Positions 29,929 through 41,700 of a stretch of 64,000 bases of DNA are shown here, one piece after another. The stretch spans positions 1 through 64,000 of IMG/VR virus record IMGVR_UViG_3300043447_000068. The stretch is one strand, 5' to 3'. Numbering within the stretch: position 1 is the first letter of the stretch; each line of letters begins with the position of its first letter. Below the pieces are notes generated by a model. It was not told the DNA's origin and did not search any database. It was given only the letters and a program-made list of their open reading frames with translations. The stretch is from a virus. Its lineage: Duplodnaviria > Caudoviricetes. The translations under genes were made by a program, and so were the position numbers.

Positions 29929-30852
29929 TCAATATATTATATCATTAGTATCTGCTGCCTGAAACTCAATCTCTATCTGGTGTGAGTTCCCCAGGTTTTG
30001 TAGCTCAAATACGATATTGCCATCTAGATCAAGGTAGGCTGAGCTATTGAATCCAGAAGGATCAGCTGTCACATCTGGAACATATTGGTATCTCTTTAGT
30101 GGATATTTGCTAAAAACTTGTTCTGATGTATTCTGAAGAGCAATCAGATTTGCACCGCCATAGATTGTTTCAATCTTATCCAAATTAGATATTTGATGAT
30201 ATCTAATATCAATTCCATCCACTAGGTCATGTCGTGCAAGGGTAAGGATTTCTGTTCCACCAATGTCCTCAAACAGAAGATCTGTCATCACCTCAACTGG
30301 TAACGACTCCTCATTCATCATGATTAAGTCTGGTGTGGCAGCCTTAGATGCCTTGTCTTCTCCTGTTGCTGGAGCCCCTGGGCTTGATGGCGTTGGTGAT
30401 ACGCCTCCACTACCTGAGTCATCCTCTTCTTCTACAGGTGGCTTTACAGGTGGCTTTACAGGTGGCTTTACAGGTGGCTTTACAGGTGGCTTTGGCGTAG
30501 GCTTGGGCTTTGCAGCAGGCTTAGCAGGTGGCTTAGCTGGAGCTGGCTTAATGTTTAGAATCTTTTTTTCTGCTGCAGTTAGAGTCTGCCCACCAGTTAG
30601 TTTTCTTAATGCTGCAGCTGCTTGATTAGCTTTTGCTAGGCTAGCTGCATTTGCTTTTCTTTCTGCTGCATCGGCACTGGTTGTGCTTGTGACTTTTGCA
30701 GGAGCTGCTGGCTTAGCTGGTGGTTTTAGTGACTGTGGCACTGATGGAGTCGCTGGCTTAAAGACTGGCAACAGTGGCTTTATTGGTGCTGCAGCCTTTG
30801 TAGCAGGTGCCTTTGGAGCAGGTCCAGCAGATGGATTTGGTTTTGCTGCCAT
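29929..30852 (-). CDS. Minor tail protein with Pro/Lys/Ala-rich N-terminal extension
   Basis: Low-complexity N half, globular C half. Confidence 0.6.
   Translation of the reverse strand: MAAKPNPSAGPAPKAPATKAAAPIKPLLPVFKPATPSVPQSLKPPAKPAAPAKVTSTTSADAAERKANAASLAKANQAAAALRKLTGGQTLTAAEKKILNIKPAPAKPPAKPAAKPKPTPKPPVKPPVKPPVKPPVKPPVEEEDDSGSGGVSPTPSSPGAPATGEDKASKAATPDLIMMNEESLPVEVMTDLLFEDIGGTEILTLARHDLVDGIDIRYHQISNLDKIETIYGGANLIALQNTSEQVFSKYPLKRYQYVPDVTADPSGFNSSAYLDLDGNIVFELQNLGNSHQIEIEFQAADTNDIIY
30433..30492. repeat. 12-bp tandem repeat x5 (encodes KPPV x5)
   Basis: TACAGGTGGCTT repeated five times exactly. Confidence 0.95.
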
Positions 30853-33800
30853 TATATTACCTCACTCAGATAGACTTTTGTTGATGGTCCAGACGATGAA
30901 ACCTCATACTCAATATTATATACAACAAACTTTTTATTTCTATCAACAATCTGGTCAACTCCAAGATCGTCTGTCCAAAAAATCTGTACTATGTCGCCAA
31001 GCTGTAGGACTGATCCACCAAAGATTGATAGACCAACTGATTTCCTAGGCTTAATAGTTTTAGAAATTATCCAACCCATCATCTCTCTAGCAGCGTCCTC
31101 ATTCTGTATATACTTTGCATCTAGAGAGAACTCATTTGTTCCATATGTAGACCTACTAGCACGAATATCAAAGTATTCTTTTTCGGCTTTGTATGGGGAG
31201 TTAGTTCCAGCAGTTACGAAGTCAACGTTTGAAAGATCACTGTTGTACTTATAGTAGTCGTCTAGTGTTAGTTTTCTATCTGAATTCTGAGTGAATGTTA
31301 CCCCCTGAATTCTTAGATAATTTCCAGTTGTTTCATCCAAGCTTATAACAGTATCTGTATGATTAAATACCAAGAACTCTGCACCATAAGCATTTGGCAT
31401 AAAGCCAGATACAGTATAGCCCTTGACGTTATTGAATGTTGGAGATATCTTTGCACTCAATGCTGGGTATGCCTTATCATACTTAATGTTAAAGTATGCA
31501 GCTTCACGCATAATTGTTCCAAATTCTTCAAAGTACATGTCGTACCCTGGGCCTTGCTGATTGTTAATGTCTGATAAATACGTTTTCTGGACAGCACCGC
31601 TCATAGAGTATTTTCTTAGTGACTCTGATATGCTTAGTGACTCATCTCCAAAGACTGAGTTAAGAGGTGTCGAAAGACTTCCAGATGTGTCAACAGATGA
31701 CTTCTTCGTGATGGCGTAAATGTTTTCAAACATCAATCTTGAAGTTCCACGAATAAATGGTGCCATGCCAGTATATGCTGGTAGAGGGTCTGTATCGTCA
31801 ACTACAGCCACACACTGATTATTAATGTATAGGTAGAATCTTCTAGTAGATCTCTTGTCGATCTCTTCATACTCTATGGCTATATCATATACTGTAGGAT
31901 TCTGCTGTGCTGTCATTCTGGACTGCCCTGCGAAATTACCCTGATCCACAATTATGTTTGCCATTCCAGACCAGAGTCTTACAGGCACTGCATTGCCAGA
32001 TCCATCACGCTTAATCTTGTAAAACATGACGTTGTTTAGTATGGCTTCGCTGTCGTATGCTACTGTATCGTCAGTTAGTGCCATGATTTCAAAGTAGTAT
32101 CCGTTATTTGTTTCTGGATTTAGTAATACTGAAAGACCACCAGATGCTCCACCAATTTGGCCATCCTCGTAGTATCCCATTGAACCATGTGGAGTTTGTG
32201 TCTTGTTAGTGCCATTCTCTGACCTTCCGATAATTCTTAGTCTTGTTCCAAAGTGAGAGTATGGTCTATTGAGTGATACTGGAGCATAGCTAACATAGTC
32301 TACTGGCTTTAGGTCAGTTGGGAATGTTGGTCCATTAAAAACTAATGCAGATGACTGTACAGTTCCAACCTCTGAAATCTTTAGTTGGCTTATCTGTGCA
32401 TCTGTCTTGTAGTTTCCGCTTAGAGAATTTCTAATTATCCCATTTCTAGTTGCACTAGCAACTGAAGACGATGCAGCTCCTGCTACGCCAACAGTAAGAG
32501 CCTTGCTCTTTTCTTTTGCTGTTTCATTGTCAAATGCTATTAGATCGCTAAATGACATTTTGCATCCACGTGTTGGGTTAGTTCCAGTAGAGTTATCCCA
32601 TACTGGCGATAGGCTTGCATTGTGCTGATCAATCTTTGTTCCAAACTGTCCACGCCCGTGCTTGTTAACTTCGCCATTCTTAAATCTTGTTATGCCATTA
32701 ACTGTTTCATACTTTGGCTCACAGTATATTCTTACTCGTCCTGTAGGGAACATGGTTCCACCAAACTTAAGCTCTTGGAAGTAGTTTGAATATTCTTGAG
32801 TGCTCTGAATCCATACAGGAGATGTCTTGCCAGTAATGCTATACTCAACTGCATCGAATCTAATGATTTCTCCATTTGCATAGAAGTATCCATTGTATCT
32901 TGTTATAAAGTAGACACCCTCGCCAAAATCAACTATATTATTTACGATAGAACCATTTACGACCTTTGGAATGTCAGCAGTAAGAGTTGAGTTGAGTGGT
33001 ATTGCTGCCAAAGAGTATGCTGACTGATTTGCAATCTGACCATTCTGAGCCTTAGTATTCAGCGATCCAGATACTTCCCAAAGCAGTGCTGGCTTGTATA
33101 CCCAGGTCTTGTTTCTATCGATCATAGAAGCTTGCTTTATTGAGCCATAAGATCTCTGAATATACTTTTCCTCAAAGTTGATAGTTCCGCCATTAAATAC
33201 CTTTGAATCCTGTGTTGCAATACTTTCAATGTTTGCAGATATCTCTGATGTCTTTTCTCCACTAAGAATCATTGAAGTTTCTCTTGGAAGTGTTGCTGTA
33301 GGCAATAGGTAGTTCTTGGACATTACAATAAAATTGTTGTCTTCATCAAAGAACATTGCTGTTTGTGAGGAAACTGCTATGTCTTGAAGAACTTGCATTA
33401 CTGACTGTTCACTGTTTGTATAAAAGTATGGGATTACTAGGTCGTTATCATTTTCCATTCTATAAAATTTATAGTTTGAAAAGCCTATTGAATCAAGAAG
33501 TGTGGAGACTGCAACGCTAACAGATACGTCAACCATTAGTAGCTCTGGGGCCATAGTCTGCTCAAATAGGAATGATAGGTCTCTAAGCTCAATGTCTACT
33601 GATCTATCAGAACCATCTGTGGATGGCTTGTTTGCAGAATACATTGTCTTTATAGGAACTAGATATTGATTTCCGTCCATATCAGACATCTTTTCATATA
33701 TCATAAACTTAATCAGCTGATCAAGATATTTTGCAATAACGCTGCTCTTGTTGTTTTCATTAAAAGCTTGGTTATAGTCAAACAAGCTTATTGATCCAAC

Positions 33801-35114
33801 TGATGCTAGCAACTGACCAACGGGGAGTCCAGCATTTCCAAGATCTGACATGCTCTTTGTTATGTTTAAAGACTCTGTCATATTTACAAAATCAAGAACT
33901 AGTCTTGGTGAAATCTCAATAAGGTCAAGGGAGGCTGTGCTAGTTTTCATCTGCTCAGCAACTACACGAATACCCTTGATGCTTTGATACTTAGTATATT
34001 GCTTTCTATTTGTTAGAGGATCAATAATAAAGTCTGCTGGCTCTGTAACGTCAACAGTATTTCTAAAGTCTATGACTTCTGTGTCTGACAGTGCCCAGCC
34101 ATATTTTGCAGGGAAAGTCTGGTATCCAGTTTTAGTATATACATAAAATGTTCCAGCGTCAGTTGCTGAAGTTTTTACTAGGTATGCAGATCCCAGATCA
34201 GCTGTAAGCGGAACCATTCCTGCAGAGATAAACGATCTCTTATAGTTAAACAATGTAGAGTATGTTTTTGGAACTATTAGACCATAGTACAGTTCAACAT
34301 ATCCATCAGGACCGACTATTGGAGATCCATCAAAACGCTTGTCTGTTGGCAAGAATGATACTGCATCTGACCAAGTATCATCTTCATTTAGATACTGAAT
34401 CTTCCACTTACTTGGTGTCTTTGAGTTCTCTTCCCCGTAGAATGGGTCTGCAAGAGTTGTGCCAGTAGGAGATGTAAATGGTCCCTTGTTAATTGAACCA
34501 ATGTGTGTTTGCATCTTTACAACGATTCTATTTGCTGGAATCGCTTCATTATAAACAATGAATGGAGCTGCGTCATCGATAAAGTTTACGGTGGTATTTC
34601 CAACCTTTACTGGATAAGAGATACCTCTCTCCCCACCCTCAGTCCTGTCTGATGTCCAATACTTGAATGCATCATTTTTTGTTGCTATGTAATAACGTGG
34701 TCGCTTGGCCATGTCCTTATCACTGTAGTGAAAATATCTTCCAGCAAAATACTTTGCCTTATTAATGCCTGATCTTGGTCTAAACTTTCCAAAGCAGTCT
34801 TCTAGAGAGAAGAGCAGCTTTACCTGATCTTTTGGCTCTGTAAATGCTAGTGGCAAGTCAGAATTATCAATACCACCATCAATAGTTATGTCAGCATCGG
34901 TAGCACCAGTGTAATATGAACCTGCATCATACTTGTCATACCTAGAGGCAATTGTGTTATAAATAGATGATGGTGTATTTGGTCTGTATCTATAGTTTCC
35001 AATTTTAGCAAAATTTTGCTGAATATTCATATTTATTTCTGCAAAAACTGCAGACGATGTGCTGATAGTCGAAGACTTTTCAAGATGAGATATTAGACTT
35101 TTATTTCCAAACAC
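30852..35114 (-). CDS. Large minor tail (hub/central fibre) protein
   Basis: 1420 aa, two genes after the tape measure. Confidence 0.7.
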   Translation of the reverse strand: MFGNKSLISHLEKSSTISTSSAVFAEINMNIQQNFAKIGNYRYRPNTPSSIYNTIASRYDKYDAGSYYTGATDADITIDGGIDNSDLPLAFTEPKDQVKLLFSLEDCFGKFRPRSGINKAKYFAGRYFHYSDKDMAKRPRYYIATKNDAFKYWTSDRTEGGERGISYPVKVGNTTVNFIDDAAPFIVYNEAIPANRIVVKMQTHIGSINKGPFTSPTGTTLADPFYGEENSKTPSKWKIQYLNEDDTWSDAVSFLPTDKRFDGSPIVGPDGYVELYYGLIVPKTYSTLFNYKRSFISAGMVPLTADLGSAYLVKTSATDAGTFYVYTKTGYQTFPAKYGWALSDTEVIDFRNTVDVTEPADFIIDPLTNRKQYTKYQSIKGIRVVAEQMKTSTASLDLIEISPRLVLDFVNMTESLNITKSMSDLGNAGLPVGQLLASVGSISLFDYNQAFNENNKSSVIAKYLDQLIKFMIYEKMSDMDGNQYLVPIKTMYSANKPSTDGSDRSVDIELRDLSFLFEQTMAPELLMVDVSVSVAVSTLLDSIGFSNYKFYRMENDNDLVIPYFYTNSEQSVMQVLQDIAVSSQTAMFFDEDNNFIVMSKNYLLPTATLPRETSMILSGEKTSEISANIESIATQDSKVFNGGTINFEEKYIQRSYGSIKQASMIDRNKTWVYKPALLWEVSGSLNTKAQNGQIANQSAYSLAAIPLNSTLTADIPKVVNGSIVNNIVDFGEGVYFITRYNGYFYANGEIIRFDAVEYSITGKTSPVWIQSTQEYSNYFQELKFGGTMFPTGRVRIYCEPKYETVNGITRFKNGEVNKHGRGQFGTKIDQHNASLSPVWDNSTGTNPTRGCKMSFSDLIAFDNETAKEKSKALTVGVAGAASSSVASATRNGIIRNSLSGNYKTDAQISQLKISEVGTVQSSALVFNGPTFPTDLKPVDYVSYAPVSLNRPYSHFGTRLRIIGRSENGTNKTQTPHGSMGYYEDGQIGGASGGLSVLLNPETNNGYYFEIMALTDDTVAYDSEAILNNVMFYKIKRDGSGNAVPVRLWSGMANIIVDQGNFAGQSRMTAQQNPTVYDIAIEYEEIDKRSTRRFYLYINNQCVAVVDDTDPLPAYTGMAPFIRGTSRLMFENIYAITKKSSVDTSGSLSTPLNSVFGDESLSISESLRKYSMSGAVQKTYLSDINNQQGPGYDMYFEEFGTIMREAAYFNIKYDKAYPALSAKISPTFNNVKGYTVSGFMPNAYGAEFLVFNHTDTVISLDETTGNYLRIQGVTFTQNSDRKLTLDDYYKYNSDLSNVDFVTAGTNSPYKAEKEYFDIRASRSTYGTNEFSLDAKYIQNEDAAREMMGWIISKTIKPRKSVGLSIFGGSVLQLGDIVQIFWTDDLGVDQIVDRNKKFVVYNIEYEVSSSGPSTKVYLSEVI

Positions 35115-35115
35115 G

Positions 35116-35754
35116 CTATACCTCTTCTAGCGATACTGATATATTCCATAGATCATGAGTACCGCCACGCTTAATTACCTCATAGTCAAATGATGAAATG
35201 TACATCTCTATTGCTTGTGGGTACTCTCCAAGTCTTTCAAATCTAAACTGATCCTTAGCAAATTCGTTATACTTATCGTAGGATAGATATACCCAGAATG
35301 ATCCCTTGTTGTTCTCATACCAGTTCAAGATCTCTACCCCACCTGCACCGCCATCAGATGTTATTATCTGTGATGCAACAAGACCTGGATCTATCTCTCC
35401 AGTAGAAGTGTTAAAATTTGGGTATGTGCTAAAGCCACGAGATGGCAACAAGTCCCAAGATGTAGAGATATTTAGTTTATCTGCCACATGGTATGCACGC
35501 ATTTGACCATTGACCATACGCTTTCTGGTCTGAATTCTGTCTGTCTTGAAGGCAAGAGGCTGTCTGTTATCATCTGAAAGAATTAGGAATTGCTCTTGCA
35601 AAGAAGATGTTGTTCCAGACTCAACGTAGTCCTGTGTCTCCAAACCATAAGGAACATACTTTCCATTGATAATTACTGGAGGCTGCTGAGACCACATCAT
35701 TCCATGTGGACGTGCATACTTCTTTCGTCCATCCATATACGTTTGTGTAGCCAT
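35116..35754 (-). CDS. Distal-tail-like protein
   Basis: Directly after the tape measure; ends WNISVSLEEV. Confidence 0.65.
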   Translation of the reverse strand: MATQTYMDGRKKYARPHGMMWSQQPPVIINGKYVPYGLETQDYVESGTTSSLQEQFLILSDDNRQPLAFKTDRIQTRKRMVNGQMRAYHVADKLNISTSWDLLPSRGFSTYPNFNTSTGEIDPGLVASQIITSDGGAGGVEILNWYENNKGSFWVYLSYDKYNEFAKDQFRFERLGEYPQAIEMYISSFDYEVIKRGGTHDLWNISVSLEEV

Positions 35755-38700
35755 TAAACTCTAACTCCTCTAACTCTTTGTGAATCAACAGACTTAATCT
35801 TATTCATTACTGCATTGGCAATTTCCTGTGCCCCTGAGTTTGAAGATCCAACATTAACGCTTAGGTTATAATTATACACTGAAGAGTTGTTTGTTGCAGA
35901 AGAATTTGAGCCACCTATAACTGCTGGAGCGGAAGAGCTTCCTCCTGGCATAGATATAGCTGGTGCTGACATATTTGGTACAAAACTTCCACTATTCATT
36001 GCTCTCATTGTGCCAACGCCATACTTGTTAACGGCACTCTTACGCATTACAAACTCTCCAGGAGTTAGCATGGCAGGAACAGTGTCTGTACCTCTTGGCT
36101 GTCCACCATTTCCAAAATATTGTGGAACCATTCCGCCACCAGACTTCCAAATATATTCATACTTTGCAGGCACAAATTGTGATCCGTTATAAACTCCAGT
36201 TCCCTTTACCAACTGCTTGGTGTATGTTGCCAACTGACTTCCAATATACTTTTTATCTCCAACAGCAGGTGCTGTATTTGTATTAGCAGAACCACCAGAT
36301 CCACCACTACCTCCAGAACCACCTGTGCCACCAGAGCCAGTAGAAGATCCATTAGTTATTGTGTTGATGACGTGAGTAGTAGTAACTACCTTTCCATCAA
36401 GGCTGTCCCACTTCTTTACTAGTTCTACAGCAAGTCCCAAAGCTTTGTCAATTTCCTTTTTATATTTGTCGCTATTGACTCTAGCCATGTCTACCTTGCT
36501 TTGAATAGCATCCCACTCATCTCTATTCTTACCAAGAACAACAATGCTATCAATTGCAGCCTGCTTCTTTAGCTCAGCCTGTCTTCTAGCTTCTGTAGCT
36601 GGCTCAAGAGTTGTCTCTTCAATTGTAAATATTTGCTTTTTGAGATCAAGGATAGATGCTTCAAGCTGAGCTCTGGTTCTTCCCTGTGCGTCTGTGAGTT
36701 CTGCAATCTCTTGCTGCTTAGCAAGATCAAGTGCTTCTCTTTGTGATGTAATGGCTGCTTCTGCTGTTTGAGCTCTGCCATCTTCTATAGCCTTTGCAGC
36801 AGCTGCAATGTCACCTTGAGATAGTGCGTCAGCAATTGTAAGCTGAGCCTTATTCTGTCTAGTGATGGCATCATTAGCTTTCTGAATTCGATCAAGTGCC
36901 TTAGTTCTATCTTCATACTTCTTATTGATCTCTTCTTCTTGCCACTGAATCTGCTGTAGTCCTGCATCATAGTCATCTACCTGATAAGCTAGCTTTGCAA
37001 GCTGATCTTCTGCGTCAGTAATAGTCTTATCAATTGCATCCATATTGATAAGATCAGCATTCTCTCCACTAAGGTTGGTTCCAAGCTTGAAGTCAAGCTC
37101 AATCTGAGTTTCCTTTGCGTCAAAGGCTTCTTGAACCATGCTCATTGCATCATCAAATAGCTCCTGCATACCTTCTGCAGTTTGCATCTTAATCTTAATT
37201 TCAATTTCTTTGTTTGCACGGATTTTTGCAAGTGCTGATTCTAGTTGCTGAGCACTTACAGTACCTGCCTTGAATCCTGCTGCTAGGTTCTCATCAGAAA
37301 GAAGTTCGTCTACCTCTTCTGCTGAAGCACCAACTGCACCAAGTGCTGTTGACATCTTTAGCTGATTATTTAGAGTTTCCTTTGCTGCAGCATTTTCCTT
37401 TGACCAGTTGCCAAAAGCGTTCTTTAGGTTTTCTTTTTCAAGTGCCTTAATAGCATCTGTAATAGCCTTAATCTGTTTTGCAGTTTTTGCAGTAGCCAAT
37501 CCAGCAGCGATGGTTGCATCATTTGCATATTTCCAAGCAGCACCTGCAGAAATGTTAGCCTTAGTCATAAGACCATAAGCCCTTACAGTTTGCTGCATTT
37601 CTTTTCTTTGGTTCTTTAGAGCTTCGATTGCAAGTTGGTAAGGAGACTTTTGTCCTCCAGTACCCTTTGAGCTAATCTTTTCCCACTGTCTGTCTGCAGT
37701 CACTAGGTTAGTCAGTGCACCCTTAAGGTTTGCCAATGCTGTTGCATATTGGTCAGTACCCTTTGCTGCTTCGACCTTAGCCATTGCATCCTGAATTGCA
37801 GCATTGCTAGCGTATCGAATTGCTTCTGCTGTAGTTAGTGTTACACCTTCAAGCTGGGTAAGCGAGTTGTATGTATCAATATTCTTTTGAACGTTATCTG
37901 CTTGCTCTTGAACAGCTAGGGATGTGTTAAGAGCTTCTTGTGCCTTATTCTGATTTTCAGTTGCGACAGCTGCAGTATTGATTGCGTTAGTAATTGTAGC
38001 AAGAGTCTTTGTATACTTCGCTCCTGCTGCCTTACCCTGCTTAAGAACAGAAAGTTGTTCGTCAGTTATTGTTACTCCAGCTGCAGTTGCTTGAAGGATT
38101 AGGAACTGGTCATTTAGGTCATTTACTCCAGCGATAGCATCTGTCATACCCATTGCTTCTGCAATCTTAGGAAGTGCAAGAAGCTTAGCTTCGTCTGTCA
38201 TAGATGCAAAGCCAGCACCAACTTCTGATATTTTAGCTACTAGCGTTTCAGCATCAATCATGCCTGTTTCAAATCCATTTGCAAGTGCCTGGAGAGATGT
38301 TCCAATCTGTCCACCAGCTACCTCAACTGATTTCTTTTCATCAGTTGTCAAAGTGTTTTGTGCATAATTGCTATACTTAGCTCCATTTTGTGCCAATGCA
38401 CCTAGGGTTGGCTTCTTTGCAGCAATTGCATTTAGCTGAGTAGTTGCTGCATTAAATTGCTTGTCTAGCTGAGCCATACCTTCTGGAGTGTCAAGACCCA
38501 TATTTACACTAGCAAACTTAAGGTCTAGATCTTTTCTTCCAGCAGCTGTAGCAATAGCACGAATAATTCCATCAACTGTTTCTGGACCAAATCCAGAGTT
38601 GCCAAGCTGTAGAGCTAGAGACTCTAGAGATGCTGTAGCGTCTCCCTTAGTTGCATTCTTTACCGCCGTAATATTGTCGCCAAAGTAATCTGTGAAGCTC

Positions 38701-41700
38701 TTACCTTCTGATCCGTATGTAGATGTCTCTACCTTTTCCTGCATTGTCTGCTGTTCACCAGTTGTTCCAGATGCAACACCAACACGATTAGCCAAATCAA
38801 TGTTAGTTACGGTTACGCCAAGAGCCTCTCCAAGAGCTGCAACCTTTTCTGCTGCCATAGCTGCAGTGTCGCCAAGGCCAGTGACCTGAGCCTTCTGATC
38901 TCCAAACCAATCAAACAGTGCCTTTAGTCCAAATCCAAGTGCTGCAATTGCAGCTACCACGGCTGCTATAGGCCAGATTAGTGACCAAAGAGATACTGCT
39001 GCTGCACCTGCACCAACTGCAAGTCCAGTAGTAGATGCTGTGGCAGCTGTCTGAGCTACATTTGTTCCAAGTAGGCCAAGGACAAACATACGAGCAACTG
39101 CAACTGATCTACCAAGTCCAGTGTTAAATGCTTGCTGTGCAACATATGATGCTGCCTTAATTGCAAGCTGAAGTCTTTCAGCATTAATAAGCATGTTTGA
39201 CATCATTGCTAGAGTAAACATTACTGTTGAAAGTCCAGTGATTGCTGAGCCTAAGCCACCAAGATCATTTCCAAACATTCCAGCAACCATTGATACAGAG
39301 CCAAGGACGCTTGAGATTCCCATCATCTTTGAGTTGAACGATGCAAACGAATCAGAAGTTTTCTTTATACTTGCATTAAATGCTTCTATATTTCTCTTCT
39401 GTTGCTTTTCGGCAGCAGCACCAACGACTGACTTTCTTTGCTGGTTTCTTCTAATAGACTTATCTGTTGAGGTTGGCATTTGGCCACCATAAAGCTGTTG
39501 TCTGCTTGCTTCCGCTTTTGCAGTTTGGCTACTTGCTGCAGCTACCTTTACATCATCCTTACCCTCGTTGATTGCCTCAACTACACCATCAACAAGGTTC
39601 TTTGCAGCTCTTCTGGTCTTCTTAGATGGTGATGCAGACTCAGATTCTGCGTTGATTCCATCTGCAAAATTCTGAACTGCTCTCGTTCCTGCAGCTCTAA
39701 CCTGATCTTTAGCTGCATCAATACCAGAGGCAAAAGATGCTGCTTCTCCTGAAGTTGCCACACCAACGCTAGGGTTTGTAGATAGTCCTCCAGAAACTCT
39801 TGCACCTGCAACAGCACGCTTTGAATCGTTATATGCATTCTGCATAGCCTTAGAGCTTTCCCAGGTCTTCTTGTCTTCTGCAGTAATTGCTTCAAGAACA
39901 TCTGCCTGGGTTGCAAGCTCTACTTCGGAAAGGGCTAAGTTTGAATTAATCTTATTCTTAATAGAGATGTACTGGTCTTCTGAAACCTTGCCATCAGCAC
40001 GCATCTTCTCTAGTTGTGCCATGTACTTGTCGTAGAAAGCCTTTACCTTTTGCTCTCCTGCCAAGTAATTTGAAATCTGATTTTCAGTGTGTGTCTGAGG
40101 GTTTACACCCTTCATGTCCCATGCTTCTGGCAAAGACTTTGCAGCACCACCAACTGGCAATCTATGTGCTCTGTCAATCTGGTACTGTCCGCCTGGAAGA
40201 CCTAGGGACTCTTCTTCAGCAAGACGCATTCTTGCTCTCTGAAGCTCATCCCCTCTTCCTGCCTTGTCTGCCTGTTGCTGAATGGTTCCAACTCCAGTAG
40301 CAGAATACTTCATTGGCTTACCCTTTACGCCAAGGTTTTCTGCATAGAATTTGTTTACCTGATTAGAAACATTTTGACCGCTAACATCTTCTGCTGCTAC
40401 CGCAAATGCCTGGAAGAACTTCTTAAGACTTACCTTACCCTCTTCTGACATGGTAGCCAAAGAACCGAAAAGCTTTTCAATTACATCACCCTTTTGGTCT
40501 ACCTTAATAAAGTCATCAGTTATACCATTAAGGATTGTCTGAATTCTATCTATTGCTGCCTGTGAAGCATTGATATCCACAGATGAGTCGCCAAATGATA
40601 CAGAACCCTTTGGAGATCCTGGACCACCACCCTTCTTAAATCCTGGAATCTTTACCTTGCCACCTGCTAGAAGTGCTGCAACAACATTTGGATTTTCCTG
40701 CACTGTCTCTGCAGATAGGACAACTTCTCCGTCTGAAAGGTTTGCAGGAATCTTATCTCCCTTTGGACCACCAGGTCCAGAGACAACCATTCCACCGTTT
40801 GCAAAGTTCTTTGGCTTAGTGCCTCTAGCTACGCTTACTCCACCAAACTTAGCTTGAGCAGCTCCTGCTCTTTCCATTGCAACTCTTAGCTTATCAATTG
40901 CACCTGCTTCAGAAGTAAATGTCTGAGTAAGCTTTCCGTGCACCTGATCAAGCGAAGCTGCAACTGCAGAAGCTTCTAGCTGCTCCTGAGTCATGTACTG
41001 TGTTTGTTCGCCTAGATCGTAAGTCTCTTTTAGTGTTCCCTGTAGGGCATTCTTAAGGAATAGGAATCCCTTCATACCGTTTGCAATTGCGTTAGCTATT
41101 AGACCAAATGCCATAATAAATACTGGAGCAACTACACCTGCTAGTGCTACGATAGTTGTAATAAATCCCTTTGCACCATCAGTCATGTTGTTAAACATGT
41201 TTAGAATCTTTGTTCCAAATTCAACAAATGGAGTTACCATCTTCATGAACTGCTCTCCAACTGGAGCCATTGCAGCCTGGAACTTTTCTAGTGCTGCCTG
41301 GAATTTGTAGAGTGGAGAATCTTCTACAGTTGCAAGCTCTTTTGCAGACAATGCAGCAAGATCAGATGCTGTCATGTTGCTCAATTCAAGTACACGCTGA
41401 GCCTGTGTTCCCTCTGCAACTACGTTCTTAAACAATGCAGATAGACGTGCAAACTGGAACTTACCGAATAGCTGCTCAATTGCCTGTGCTCTTGTTGTTG
41501 GGTCTAGCTTGTCAAGTGCCTGTGCAAATTCTACTACGACTCCAGAAACATTTCCTTCGTTGTCGCTAAGGATTTGCTTCATGTCAATACCCATTCCAAG
41601 AAGCATTGTTCGTGCTTTTTCAGTTGGGTTAATCAAAGATGCAAGACCAGACTTAAGTGCGTTAGCACCTTCTGATGCGTTAATTCCACCTTCCTTCATA

